A DNA stretch of 64,000 nt from the human T2T-CHM13v2.0 reference genome, Homo sapiens. The stretch is from the NCBI RefSeq assembly GCF_009914755.1, contig NC_060925.1. One strand, 5' to 3'. A program made the position numbers and the translations under genes. Below the pieces are notes generated by a model that did no database searches, was not told the DNA's origin, and saw nothing but the letters and a program-made list of their open reading frames with translations. Each line of letters starts with the position of its first letter. Positions within the stretch are counted from its first letter, which is position 1. Positions 1 through 13,190 of the stretch are shown in pieces.

Positions 1-835
1 ACTTATTTGAGGATCTTTGAGTTTCCTGTATCTGGATATCTGAAACTCTTATTAGACCTGAGAAGTTTTTAGCTATAAGTTAATTAAATAGGTTTCCCAT
101 TCCTTTTTTTTGCTTAGAACTGAGACAACCAAAAACTTGAACATGTCACCAGTTTATGGTGGCCCATATATTAAGTAGGCTTTTTTCATTTTTTTCATTT
201 AGTTTTTTTAATTTTTGTGTAACTAGGTTATTTCCAAAGACTTGTCTTCAAGTTCTGAAATTCTTTTATCTGCTTGATTTAGTCTGTTACTGAAGCTTCC
301 AAAGGTGTTTTGTATTTTATTCAATGAATTCTTCTATTTTAGAATTTGTTTGGTTCCTCTTTATGATTATCTATCTCTTTGGTAAATTTCTCATTCATAC
401 CCTGACTTATTTTTCTAATTTCTTTATTTTGTTTATCTATGTTTATTTTTATCTCACTCAGTTTCTTTAATATCATGATTTTGAATTCTTTTTCTCTGGA
501 TATCATAATTTTCTTTTTCATTGGAATCTGTTGCTGGAGAATTATTGTTCCTCTGAAGGTGTCATGTATCCTTGTTTTAAAATTTTTTTCCTGTGTTCTT
601 ATATTTATATTTGCACATCTAGTATAACAGTTGCTTCTTCCAATTTTTTGGATTGCCTTTTGTAGGGAAAGGTTTTTTTTCCTGAAGATATATCTGTGGT
701 TTTGTTTGGGTAGGGTACTTTCGCTTTGATTCTGGATGTGTGCAGAAGTGGAGTCTTCATATAATTTCTTCAATTGTAAATAGCATCAGTGGTGTTTGTG
801 ATTTTCCCAGTGGCTTAAGCTGCAATAGTTAGTGG
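1..835 (-). mobile_element. Old L1 (L1M-type) fragment, ORF1 region
   Basis: ORF 339..773(-) includes REKEFKIMILKKLSEIK...DKQNKEIRK...MNEKFTKEID, typical of the L1 ORF1p coiled-coil start; degenerate; runs off the window edge. Confidence 0.8.
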
Positions 836-1779
836 TAACAACTTGAAAACTGTTATGGAGGCCTAGAGCTTGTGAAATTCCATTAAAAAATTGTAAAGGC
901 ACATATTCATAATGGTGCTGAGAACTTTCTGTCTTTTAAGTGAAGAATATTAAATTTTTTTACAATTATTTTTGACCAAAAACAACATAATTCTATCCAG
1001 TCCCTATGAGTTCACTGCCTTTGTAGAAAATGGCATTGCTTTTAGGCTTTATTCTTCACTAAGTAAGTAATGGGGCAAATTTTCTAGTCAATATTTTCTT
1101 ACTCATAAGCATCTTACTATAGGTTATAAATATAAAATAAAGAAGAGATTAATGGAAAATGTACCTATGTATACAAATTTAAGATTAAAAATTGGAAAGT
1201 CTGAGCAATGACTATATATGTGCTATAAAAGTCCTATTTTCCCTGTCTACATGGCATCTGAAAGGTGGAGAGAACTTTAAAATCAACGCAAAAGGAATTT
1301 TCCAGTAACGCAGCAATATAACAACTAAAGTTATACTACTTTCATATATACAGATATAATTCAATGGCTTTTTTTTTCTTACAGAATCACTAATTTTCAG
1401 GGCTATGGTAGCAATTCTATTGACCACCCAGCTTTTGCCTGAATATCTCCAGTGAAAGAATGCATACTCCTGTCTGAAAAAATCTTCCCTATTGTTAAAT
1501 ACTTCTGTCTAAAAGCTATAATTTTTTTCTTATCTTCTCTTAAAACCCATAACCCTCTAAATTCTATACTTTTATGTTTTCTGTGAAAACTTACCATCTA
1601 GTTTCTCATCTATATAACAATCTGTAAATCATTGAAAAGTATGTTCATAGATCCCCTTGTCTTTCTAGACCATACATTTTCAGAGCCTTGCTCAGGGATT
1701 TGTAACACACTCACACATCTACGCAGTCTATATTGGGGCATGAATCTGTGCAGTTGGCTAGCATAAGATGTAATAGAGA

Positions 1780-2068
1780 GAGATAGGCCTGGGGCAAGAT
1801 GGAGAATTCATGCCTTATCTGAACAGGGTATGCAGCAGCTCCCAGCTTCAGTCAATTGTTGCCAAGGGGAAAATGTTGGCCTCTGTTGACAGATCTTTCA
1901 ATTCCACCCCCCACTTTAGAAGCTAGAAATCTCATTTGTATGAGAAATCTCCTGATTTCTAAATATTACCATCCATTGTAAAATTTGTTCAGTTCAGCAC
2001 TGTGTAAGCCAAATAAAACACATTCAAATGGTCAGTTTCTGCTGTTCGGCTGCCAGTTGCGACTTCTG
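1780..2068 (-). mobile_element. hAT-Charlie MITE remnant (MER103C-like)
   Basis: agaagctagaaatctc...tgagaaatctcctgatttctaaatatt and terminal ggctgccagttgcgacttctg resemble MER103. Confidence 0.55.
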
Positions 2069-4804
2069 CTTTAATCAATCTGAAGGCCAAACTCATCCAG
2101 ACCCTTAGGCTTCTTCCTTTGGAAGTCCTGTATTTTCTTACTTTCTTAAAATATACTCCATGGAGTTGACATCAGTTATGTTATGGTGCTAGTATCCTAA
2201 GATTGTCACTACTAATAATTTAGTCCAGATTTTATTCTTTCTGTCAACTAATTTTATCATGAGTACCTCATTTCAGTGTGGTTAACTAAAATATCCAAAT
2301 TTTTTTTTGGATATTTGCTATGCTTAAAACATAGCAAATTTTTTTCCTGGTAGTATAAAATTTACTTGTTTTTGTTATTTTTAAACTTTTGCATGGCTTT
2401 TGCATATTTTTAAGTAAATATATTTACCTTTGAAGAAATAAGAGTTTTTAATGAGTGAACTCTAAACTATTTAATTTTTATGGGTATAACTTACAGAAGG
2501 AAGGTTGGGTGGATCACAGCAAAATGATAAATGTGTGTGTTACCCAAACATGTCATTGAGAAGAAGCAATGCTTTTCTTTTTCAGCTTTATAAGGAAGTG
2601 GAATGAACATTTTGGTTAGACAGAAACATGTTGTTTAATTTTGTATTTGGCAGGATAGACTGAATCTCAGTCTGATTATGTGATATAAGCTATTATAATA
2701 TCCATTAAAAAGTCATTCTGCTAATGGCAACAAATGTGCGAATGCCGCTTCTTTTACAAATGATGAAATACTACTATAATAGTTCTTATTATCTCATTAG
2801 GTAGGATACCAAGAAGTTTTTGTTTTATGTATTTTAAGAAATGTGTTGCTAATTTAAGATCACTCTCCCCTGGATGTGAGTAAAAATTCCGAAAAATGAG
2901 TACTTTTATTTTCTTTTTGATCACAATTCATCAGTCTATTTAAGGTGTTTAATACAAATTTGATTTTTAAGATGAAATTAATAAAAAATAACATCATACC
3001 AAAACATGATTGGCTTCAATACCAATTTCTAATAGATATTTCAGTAGTGTTTACTTTTTAGTAACACCTACCAATGAGCCCTACATTCTCATTCCATGCT
3101 GAAAACTAATTTCATTTTAAATTGTATTTATTACATATTTGGTCATGGATATTATTGCAAAGTAAAAGAGTGATATTATTTCACACTCTTCCCCTTTCCC
3201 TTGTCTACTCTTAAAACTCATTGACATTTGATATTGGGACTACAGGGGATTAAAATCTGATGATCCGGAAAATGAAATGTATGATAATGAAATTGGACAA
3301 TTGTAATTCCATTTAGGTTCTGAAATTTAAATTTTACTTTCATCTGTTGATATATTCTCCTACATATATGGAAACACAGCCAAAAAGAAAAGCACATTAC
3401 TCTGAAAGCAGCATAATCATCAGCTCTAACAACGGTTTTTCAAAAAAAAAAAAGTCACATTGAGTGCTATTTCACTTTTGTCTAAGTGTTCCATGTTTTG
3501 GTGAACATAATGCTACGATTATTAAAGCATTTTTATGCAAATCTAAATTTCATGTCAATTAGCAGTCAGGTTTATAAAAGAAAACTGTGGGTCTCAAATT
3601 ATGTATATAATGTTACAATTGATGTGGTATTTATTCATATCACCTTTTCATTAGGTTAGGGTTTTTTTTAAGTGCTAATAGAAAATCACACACAGAATGG
3701 ACTTTGGGATCTGAGTGTTTGCATTGACAAAGAAGCATATATTACTTTCCTAAACAGCAATTACTGTCAGTCCTTTGCACAAATATGTTAAAGTACTATG
3801 TCGATGATTAGAAGTGAAAACTGTTAAAGGCATAATGAGGTCAAATGACAATTCCAAAGTAACAAGAGTATAGGATACATTTAACAATCTTGTTTTCTAA
3901 AGGTTAATTTTAAGACAAAAAAAATCATGTAATTGTTTCATTTAAAATTAAAAACATAGGGAGTAGATTATCTACTGCTCAAGTCAATCAAAAACATTTT
4001 TCCTGAAAAACAATGTAATGACCTGGAGAGGAGGAAGCATGAAAAACAGAATATGTTGGCCATTCCAAACATTTGGCTGTGCTGTGATAAAATGACTCAA
4101 AAGTTCTGAATGCTTCAGTTTACTTTTAATCAGCAGCATTTGTGCAAATTGCTGAGATTTCAGAAGTTTCCAAGCATAATGACCCAGAACTTGAGAAGCT
4201 CTGACATTTTTGTACTGCCTGAGTGTGCTTCTGGAAAGGAAAGTAACAAGTGATATGGCCTCCATCAAGTTCTCTGGATATGACCATCACAGTGAAGCCT
4301 TCTGACCTCAACTGGTCTGAGAATGGCTTGTCATGAGTCCACGATAAGAACAGAAGTCACGTGTGAGCATTTAGAAACTTTTACAGCACTTTGACATTGC
4401 CGCTATATCTGAGCATGTGATCAGTGTGATTGTTTGTCAAATCTAGTTATAAATAATTGAGTTCATTTTCTTTATATTTTGCTTTACTTTTTCACTTCCT
4501 TTTTGTAATGCTTTATTTTTATTGCATTCCACAAAGTGTGCAATGGATTGGAAATTAAAACAAACATAAAGGATAGCTCTTCATCACAAATAGAATGAGA
4601 AGTACTGATCTAAATGCCAACCACTTGGAGAGTTGTGTAGTCTGTTACCTTCTGTTCAGAATCCATCATGAACGTGTCACACTTTCAGTGACTACACCGA
4701 ACTACTAGATGTTTGGCTTCACTAATGCCAACACTTGTTAAAATGCTGGTTATTAACTTTCTAATTCACCATTTCTTCCTGGTTTACCTCAGGTTATTTT
4801 AGGG

Positions 4805-5000
4805 CAATGATGGAAAGCACCAAGTGGAGTCTGGAGCTAGACTGATCTGTGTTCAATCCTGTCTTGGTTACTCATTGGGGGGCCTCGACTTTCATGTCTC
4901 TGTAATGTCCCTGACAGTATCTGCCTCACAGGGTTGCTGTGAGAGTCAAGCGAGGTAAGTTATGCCAAGTACCTGGCATATAGTGGGTGCTCAATAATGG
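4805..5000 (+). mobile_element. MIR SINE
   Basis: tctgcctcacagggttgctgtgag core and acctggcatatagtgggtgctcaataa 3' end. Confidence 0.75.
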
Positions 5001-5948
5001 AGAAGGTTTTGCCTTTTATTTTCCTTTCTCCTCTGAACACAGCACACAATGGTCAAGGGTTTTAAATACATTACTGAAACTAGCTCAGATAATCCTAACC
5101 AACAGTTTTTACAAATGTTTGCTGATCTCTTGGTAACATCTTTTAAGAGGAGTACTACATTTTCTTGCTTCTATAAAGCTTTTTATAAGTGCATATTGCT
5201 ATGTACACACACCAAAGGAAAGATATAAACCTGTTCAAATTTTTTTTCTCTACCTGCTGAGCCCTACTGGAAAGTTATGACAATGGACAAGGGGATAATA
5301 TCATAAGCCATTATTATTATCTCATCAATGAAATGATTTACAGTGATCATGGGGCAAGCTGTGTGCTAATAATGAAGTCATCCCTTACAATTTATAAAAG
5401 CCACATATGGTGATGCACCACTTCCTACTGTTTTACATCTATTTATAACTCAATTATCTGATGTTATTGTTAAAGAGGTTGTTTTCAGATTGAACAGTAA
5501 CAGAGCTAAGCTGATGGCAAAAGAAACGAAATATGTGAAAATGTATTTAGTTTATTCTGTTAGGCAGCCCAGTGCCTAAATCTTTATGATTTGAACTAGT
5601 AGTATGTGTTTGGTTTACAGATTAAATACAGTATTTACTTTCATTTTCTACTTGCATGTGGAAGGGTTTTTAAATCTGGTGCCGTTAGTAACATGATTGT
5701 GTTGTTAGACCCAGTCGAGGAATAAATTAGGCTCATTTAATATCATTTCTTGTCTGCTGCTAAGATACTGTTTCTGAAATTATCATTATGGTGAGTAATG
5801 ACCACAAAAGTGTTAATGCCCTCAGCAACGTACCTCGCTTACTTCCTCAGTGACTCATTGGAAATCTAGGTAGCCATATTTTCAATTGCTGTTTCTTATA
5901 TTGCCTTCAGTTTGAGTACTATTATAAATGCTAGTTTTCCTTTAAACT

Positions 5949-5950
<2 letters not shown>

Positions 5951-5994
<44 letters not shown>
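5951..5994. repeat. (TG)22 microsatellite
   Basis: 44 nt perfect TG run. Confidence 0.98.
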
Positions 5995-5996
<2 letters not shown>

Positions 5997-6715
5997 TGAG
6001 CACATGCATACATGTGTGATGCAATTAGGTTACATACTTTTTAATAGTATTTTAATAATAATTACTTTGAGAGTTAGGGAATTTGTTTTTTTCTAATTTA
6101 ACCCTTTTATTTTTTGTTACCCTATCAAATTATTTGGTTTGATGCAAAACAATTAACAATACAGTGGTTGAATGCCATGGGAATGTGCTAGATAAATATT
6201 TCCTCGAAGAACACTGTGGCATACTGAAAATAAACTAATCATTGGCATTCTACATTCATTCTACTGTTAGGAAATGACTCCTTGTAGTAATATATGGTGT
6301 AGGTTTGGCTTTAATGTAAGTTGACTTGAGGAAATACTACCAACTTTGTTATAAAGACATATCATTACAGGTACTACAGTTTAAGCAGAAAAAAATGCCT
6401 TAGTAGAGCTTGATGCTATTAATAACACCAGTAAATAAAGACAAAATTACAATCCTTTTTATTAGAATGCATCTAATAATTTTGTGTTTGTGGAGTGTTT
6501 AATAAATTCAGTAAATGATCTGTAAGACCCTCAAAGTTTGTGTGCAATCTCTCCAAAATTAAGGATGTTTACAAAGCGAAAATGTCAGTGATCTGTACCC
6601 ATTTTCAGAATGAATAAATAAATCAGTTAATTAAAAGTTTTAGTACTTAAAAAATCTGTTGTTTATTTAGGCTACTTTCTGTCAAAAGCAAAGGGATAGT
6701 TATCATTTGACACAC

Positions 6716-7127
6716 TTTTTTTTTTTTTTTTTTTTTTTTGTCCACCTGCAGAGTAATGGTCAAAAACAGTGATGTGGCTCCTGGTGTCCACGGAGTGGTC
6801 CAGGTTCTCTTTATTCATCATAATAGCCAATTGGAAGCAGGTTCATGGAGGGTTGTAGAATAGAGTATGGTTACCATCCCTGCAGGGAAAGGTCTCAGAC
6901 CCGACGTGGAAATGGCAATGAACTTAGGCATCTCATGCTCTTTGTGGTGTGACTTCAGGAAGGCACTTGGTGTGTTCACTCCCACCATGGGAAACTTGGC
7001 AAAATACACGAGGGCCTTCTACACACAAGCTGAGCCCTGGGTCACCCTGGGCACACTTGACATGGGCTGTATCAGTGGTGGTCAAGCCTGCTGCTGTCAT
7101 TTTCTCCATGGACCATCACAGCCCTGC
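6716..7127 (-). pseudogene. COX6A1P: Processed pseudogene of cytochrome c oxidase subunit 6A1 (pseudogene number not determined)
   Basis: Minus strand gives fragments PMSS, [48 protein letters not shown] matching COX6A1 (YLKSHHGEHERPEFIA...[27 protein letters not shown]). ATG at 7100, stop at 6811-6813, 3' UTR start TAAAGAGAACCTGGACCAC. Intronless, frameshifted, TGG>TAG stop, poly(A) at 6716-6739. Confidence 0.93.
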
Positions 7128-7142
7128 TTAAGACATTATTTT

Positions 7143-7999
7143 AATTAATAAACTTTATTTTTTAGAGAAGTTTTCAGTTCACGGCAAAATTGAGCAGAAA
7201 GTACAGAGAGTTCCCATATTCCCCATGTCTCCCTACACACTCACAACCTTCCCCATCACCAACATCTTGCACCACAGTGGTGGTACATTGTTTCAATGAA
7301 CCTACATTGACTCAACCTGGTAACCCAAACTCCATATTTATATTAGGATTCACTCTTGGTGTTGTACATTCTGTGGGATGGACAAGGGTGTAATGACACA
7401 TATCCATCACTGTAGTATCATACAGAGTAATTTCACTGCTCTAAAACCCCACAGTGCTCTGCCTATTCATCCCTCTCTCCCCGCTAACCTCTGGCAACCA
7501 CTCATATTTTTTCTGTCTCTATAGTTTTCCTTTTCCATAATGTCATATAGTTGGAATCATTCCATATTTAGCTTTTCAGATTGGCTTCTTTTACTTAGTA
7601 ATATGCATTCAAGTTTTCTTTATGCCTTTTCATGGCTTGATAGTTCATTTTATCATTTTATGGCTTGATAGTTCATTTTATTTAGTGCTGATATACCACC
7701 ATTTACTTATCCATTCACCTACTGAAGGACATCTTGGTTGTCAGTTATATAAAGTTGTAAACAGCAATGTGCTGGTTTTTTTGTGAACATACTTTTTTTT
7801 TTCCAATTCTTTAGATAAATATCAAGGAGTGCAATTCCTGGATTTATGGTAAGAATATGTTTAGTTTCATAAGAAACTAACGAGCTTTCTTCCAGAGTGG
7901 CTGTAACCTTTTGCATTCCCACCAGCAATTAATGAGTTTCTGTTGCTCCACAGTTTGCTTATTCTAGGAAATACGTAGTGGTATCTCATTGTTTTAATA
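7143..7999 (-). mobile_element. L1M (L1MC/L1MB-type) 3' end, 5'-truncated
   Basis: tttattttttagag...aaaattgagcagaaagtacagagagttcccata L1 3' UTR; probable TSD cttaagacatt(a)tttt (7127) / cttaaggcattttt (8000) followed by aa. Confidence 0.85.
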
Positions 8000-9512
8000 C
8001 TTAAGGCATTTTTAAAGATTGATAATCTTCTCACAAGTTAAGACTTCCATGAAAGAATGAACATTTGCTAAAAGATCTCCAGGTCTAGAAAATCAAGACT
8101 TTTACTATAGTAAGATTTAATTGTTGCATTTTAAAGGAAACTGTTGTAACTGTAGAGTGGTTAGAAAATTATTAGGAGAAAAAAAGAAAACTGAAAATGC
8201 TAAAGTATCAACCTAACTCCTTTTCGAATGCTCAGCCCTAGAAAAAGAGGCTGTTTGGGCTTTATTTATCTGGTTGTGGCCATTGGTTACCCACATGTGT
8301 TTGCCAAAAAAAGACCATGGGCAACAACACTGCAGAGTAAATCCATAGAATGTTTAAGCCTATGTTTTATGGTAATATGTTTAGTCTATATCGGATTGTA
8401 TGTTATCTTTTCAAGATGATTGCAATCTTATTAGAATGATAATTTAGCAGTGAAACTTTACAAATGCAAACTAGCTAACTGGACTATTTTTGAATATGGC
8501 ACACACATCATTGCTATAAAATTTTTACAGGTCCTATTTTAAAAGTATCATACATGAAGACTAAACTATGCAAATCATGTTAACACTATTATCATTTTAT
8601 TACTCATATTCTTATTAATCAAACTTCCCATGTTGAATCAAAATCATCACGGTTTCCAGGTACCTGATGTTAACTGAAATTTAGTACAGGCATTAAAGAA
8701 GTAAGATGTCCTCTTAAGCTATACATAATTATTTGTTGGCTAATTATTAATTGGCTCATTACTAATTTTTATAAAAGCAAAAGAATGAAACCAGCATTCT
8801 GGTCTTAATTTTTTATTTCTGAGAAAGTCTCATATTGGGTTAACAAAAGGAAACTATATTTTAGAGCTATAAAATTATTTCAATAGGACAGTTAATCATC
8901 CTCAAAGTAAAACAGATAAAGTTTACTGCTAGCAACAGCTTGTTTTGTAATTATCACAAGGGAACATTTTTCCTAAACCCTAATTTCAACAGATATTGGT
9001 TTAGTTTATCAGAATTTCTCATATTTGTGTTTTCAGGTAAGGCATTAAGTTATTACTGAAACACAATGGTGTCTGAGTTCTTATGTATTACAAACTGAAT
9101 GAGGAGATGGAACCAAAATTATATCTCATTCTAGTGAAAATGACAGCAACATTTCTTTCTTTAATAGCATCCCAGGGGAGGCCCAAACTGATTTGCACTC
9201 TGTTCTCTTTGTACAGTTAATTAATCCAAAAGAAGCATTTAGTAACTTTAATTTTTTAGTCTGTTTAACTTTAATTTTTAAAGTTCCCCCTTAAGATTGC
9301 ATATTGCTTAGCAGACAAGAACAAAAGAAGTTGATTTGGGAACTCAACTATACTTAATAAGGGCATGCATTAACTTATTCTCAGCTGTGGAAACCTATAG
9401 TTTTTTCTTCTCCTTCCCTCTGTCCCTCACTCTCCTTCTCCCTCCCTTTCTTTCTATATGTAGATATATGTATATAAGGGAGATGACAGTAGAATAAAAT
9501 GAAATTGGATGT

Positions 9513-9685
9513 TGTATTAGTTTCCTATTGCTGCTCTGTCAAATTACCACAAATGTAATGGCTTAAAACAAAGCAAATTCATTTTCTTACAGTTCTGGAG
9601 TTCAGAACTCCAAAATGGGTCTTAGTGGGCTAAAATCAAGGTGTCAACAGGGCTATCTTCCTTTCTGGGGGCTCTGGGGTGAAGG
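9513..9685 (-). mobile_element. MLT1-family MaLR LTR fragment
   Basis: tgtattagtttcctattgctgct...aaattaccacaaa...ggcttaaaacaa...cagttctggag...ggctaaaatcaaggtgtc. Confidence 0.85.
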
Positions 9686-10477
9686 TTTTTACTTGACTTT
9701 TAATATAGTATTAAAATGAGACTACAAAATGGAATTAACTGTTTGAATGACATTTTAATGTAATACCTTGCCTTAAAATTATCCTTTTACCAAAGGTCAT
9801 GATTAAACAGGGGTTAAGATTCAAAGGTTGGACATTTGTACTGTGATTTCAAATTAAAAATCTTTTTAGATTTAATCTGTTAATAACGCTTAAAATACAA
9901 GTTATCTTATCTCAAGTTATTGATAGTAGAATAGAAACCCGGTGACCCTACTGAACCATATTCTTCCTGCAACCAGAAATTCTGTAAATGCAGATTCCTC
10001 CTTGCCTGTATTCTCTATAGATGCTGACCCACAAAGTCACATATAATGAGAGCATAACAGGAGTAGTAACCTTGTCATTTTTCTCAAAGTTTCAGCCAAT
10101 AGTTTCTGGATATCAGCAATAGATTCAACAGATAGAAGAACAACAAGTGACTCTCTTAAAATTCTATGACCTCAATAGAGTGTAAAAGTAATGAATGCAT
10201 TTCTCAAGAGAGGTGGTGTGGTTGAAGTAGCAGCAAGTTGAAATTTGTCTGGCAGCTCTGGATAATAGAAAGTTATTCTGATTCCATACCTAAATGAATT
10301 TATTTGTTGTCTGTTTGCAAATGTAGTACATATAACAAGCCACGTGTATGTGACAGTTGATACATAGATTTGACAGAGGGTTCATACTCTGGTATCATTT
10401 AGTGAATTATATCAATCACTCTAACATACTAGAATTTTTAAGATTTGCAAACATATCATTTTAAGAATAAAATACAA

Positions 10478-10715
10478 GACAGCAGCATTGAGTGGTGGTT
10501 AAAAGGAACTGACTCTGGAATCAGACTGCTTATTTTAAACCTAGTTGCACCAGTTACTCCTGATTATTTTGTCTCTTTATACCTGAGATTCTCCACCTGC
10601 AAAGTGGGTATAGTAATAGCTCTTATTTTTTAGAGTTACTGTGAGGAATATATGAGGAATAAGTGTGAACAATGTAGCAAATCTGTACTTGAAAAGCAAC
10701 CCAAAATATTAACTA
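10478..10715 (+). mobile_element. MIR SINE
   Basis: gtggttaa...gactctggaatcagactgc...ttctccacctgcaaagtggg...gttactgtgagga. Confidence 0.7.
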
Positions 10716-11019
10716 CTGTTTCTATATATAAACTGACTTATTATATATGTTTAATCTAGAGTTATAAGGCAGGCAAAGTCATGTTCAAGAAAAGAAGTTA
10801 TAAGTTTTTCCAATTAAAGAAGTTCCAAAACAAGAAGTAGATTTTGTTAGTTTCTTGTTTTAAGCCAACATCAACTTTTAGCCTGAAAGCTTCAAAAAAT
10901 AGAAAAATAACTATGATTTTGTTAACTGTAACTTGCATAAAAATACCCAAAGAATTCAGCAAAGAGACTTAAGATGTTCAAAGATTTTATTAACCAAACA
11001 TGTACAATGTAGTATTTGA

Positions 11020-11321
<302 letters not shown>

Positions 11322-13190
11322 GAAATTTTTAATTTATTAAATTTTGGCTTTTATGTTAAATTTAGCTTTCATTTTTATATAACACAAATCTAAAAAGATA
11401 TTTGCTTACATAAATTGACTTTAAGTAGTGCAATCATTATATTCTTTCTGATGCCAGGCATAAATACTTTTAACACCTAGCACTGTATCCAAGTAGAAAG
11501 TGAGATTCTAGTCTCAGTTATAGTCTAGTTATAGTGTGAAAACTTCCAAGTGCATGTCCTCTGCCAATTGATCACATCAGGGAGCCAAATGTACTGGGTC
11601 CAGGAAGTCAGTGAAAGGAGACATTTGTTGTAGGGATTAGACACTAATATCTGGGTACTTCAGCAGAATGTACCGAAAGATTTTTCCAGAAAAGGGGAAA
11701 ATGGTCTTAGTAAAAATTATCCTCAGCTATGCAATGAGTTATCCATATATGATGCTGTACTATATACATCTCTTTCCATGTCTCTTTGATTAGGCTGTAA
11801 ATATCACTTTCTCATTTTTCATGAAGATTGATTTTTATGGTTTTGTCAGTCTATGTTTTTATTTGTCTTTTCCTCATGGTATGAAAACTTTTTCTATTGT
11901 TATTAATGACTGGTTTCCTTAAAACATACAGCAAATTTGCAGTCAGGAAAGGATAAAGCCATAAAACCAATGGAACAAAATTTGGACAGAGCTCTGGATT
12001 TTAGTCCTCATGGTACATGATGATTTTGAGTTATGCTGCAGTTCCCAGACTCTGCTCTGCATGTAATATGTAGCAAGGGAGCCTGATGTTTAGATGAAGA
12101 AAATAATAAATACAATAAAATAATGTAGGAGGAAAGCCATGACAGAAATCCTTTATCATTATTTATAATAGTAAGCCATTTTACAGAGTCATACTGGTCC
12201 CAAAAACAGAGAGCAAGAGTTAATTCTGGAGGTATTGTGATATCTCATGGTGTTGACTATGAGTTTTTACCATGGGTTGCAAAACCACATATCATGCTTT
12301 TCCTTGAAGCGTATCATTATTTTTTGTCTTCATGGGGCACAAACTGGTGCTTTTATCTTCCATGGTACATGTTAACATTTGAGCTGGATGAATAAAATAT
12401 GTTCTTTGAATTGTGCATCCTCCTGATGAAACTGTGGCTGTCAGCTTAAAGTTTATGATGTCATTATTGGTCATTTCAGTGACAAACAAAACCTTTCTAT
12501 GGAAAATTCACAGTACTTTGGGTCTAACCAGGAAATGTGATTGCAGAATACTGAGACTGGAAGTAGTATCTTGCACATTGTGTTGATCGTTGTAAAATCT
12601 GAGTTGGATTAATTATGCAGACTTGGGATGAAAATACTTTTGATGCATAGGACTTCCCAAGAGGCCAGCTTTCTGTTATGTATCTGGTACTTCACTGTTT
12701 AACTCATTTAACTCCTGAAAAAAAAATTCATGCCAAAACATTTCTGTTTTCTTTAACTGACCATGTCAATTTCCACCTTATCCGCAGTAATGTTCTCAAA
12801 TATTAAACTTGACTGCTTAACCTGTGTCAAAACACATTTCATGAATAATATTCTAACAATGTAACAAAGAAGGCTTGTTCAATTTGTTTTAAGCCTCCTT
12901 CTTCTGGATACCCTTTCAGCTCATCTCACACTAACTTAATTATCATTTGTTTTATGTAGTTTTCTCAACTGGTAGGTTTTTTCTTTAGCTAGTGAATGCC
13001 TTCCCTGATTTACTCAATTATGCCTTCAGATGTACAGTATGTAAATCAGATCACAAATAGCACTTATATTCAATAGCATGAATTGATTGGCATTTATAAA
13101 TAAAATATTTGTATAATGTAATTCTGTTGCAAAGCTGTGTATATTGCATGACTTTTTTGACTTTTGGTTTTGATACATTTTCACCATAGC

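Noticed and set aside
2500-4450. Possible conserved enhancer in unique sequence
   Set aside because: Looks repeat-poor, but a single sequence gives no direct evidence of conservation or function
6818-7009. 63-aa minus-strand ORF as functional COX6A1
   Set aside because: Only the [16 protein letters not shown] and PFP stretches are in the parental frame; frameshifts and a premature stop elsewhere
6867-7148. 93-aa + strand ORF
   Set aside because: Antisense reading of the COX6A1 pseudogene
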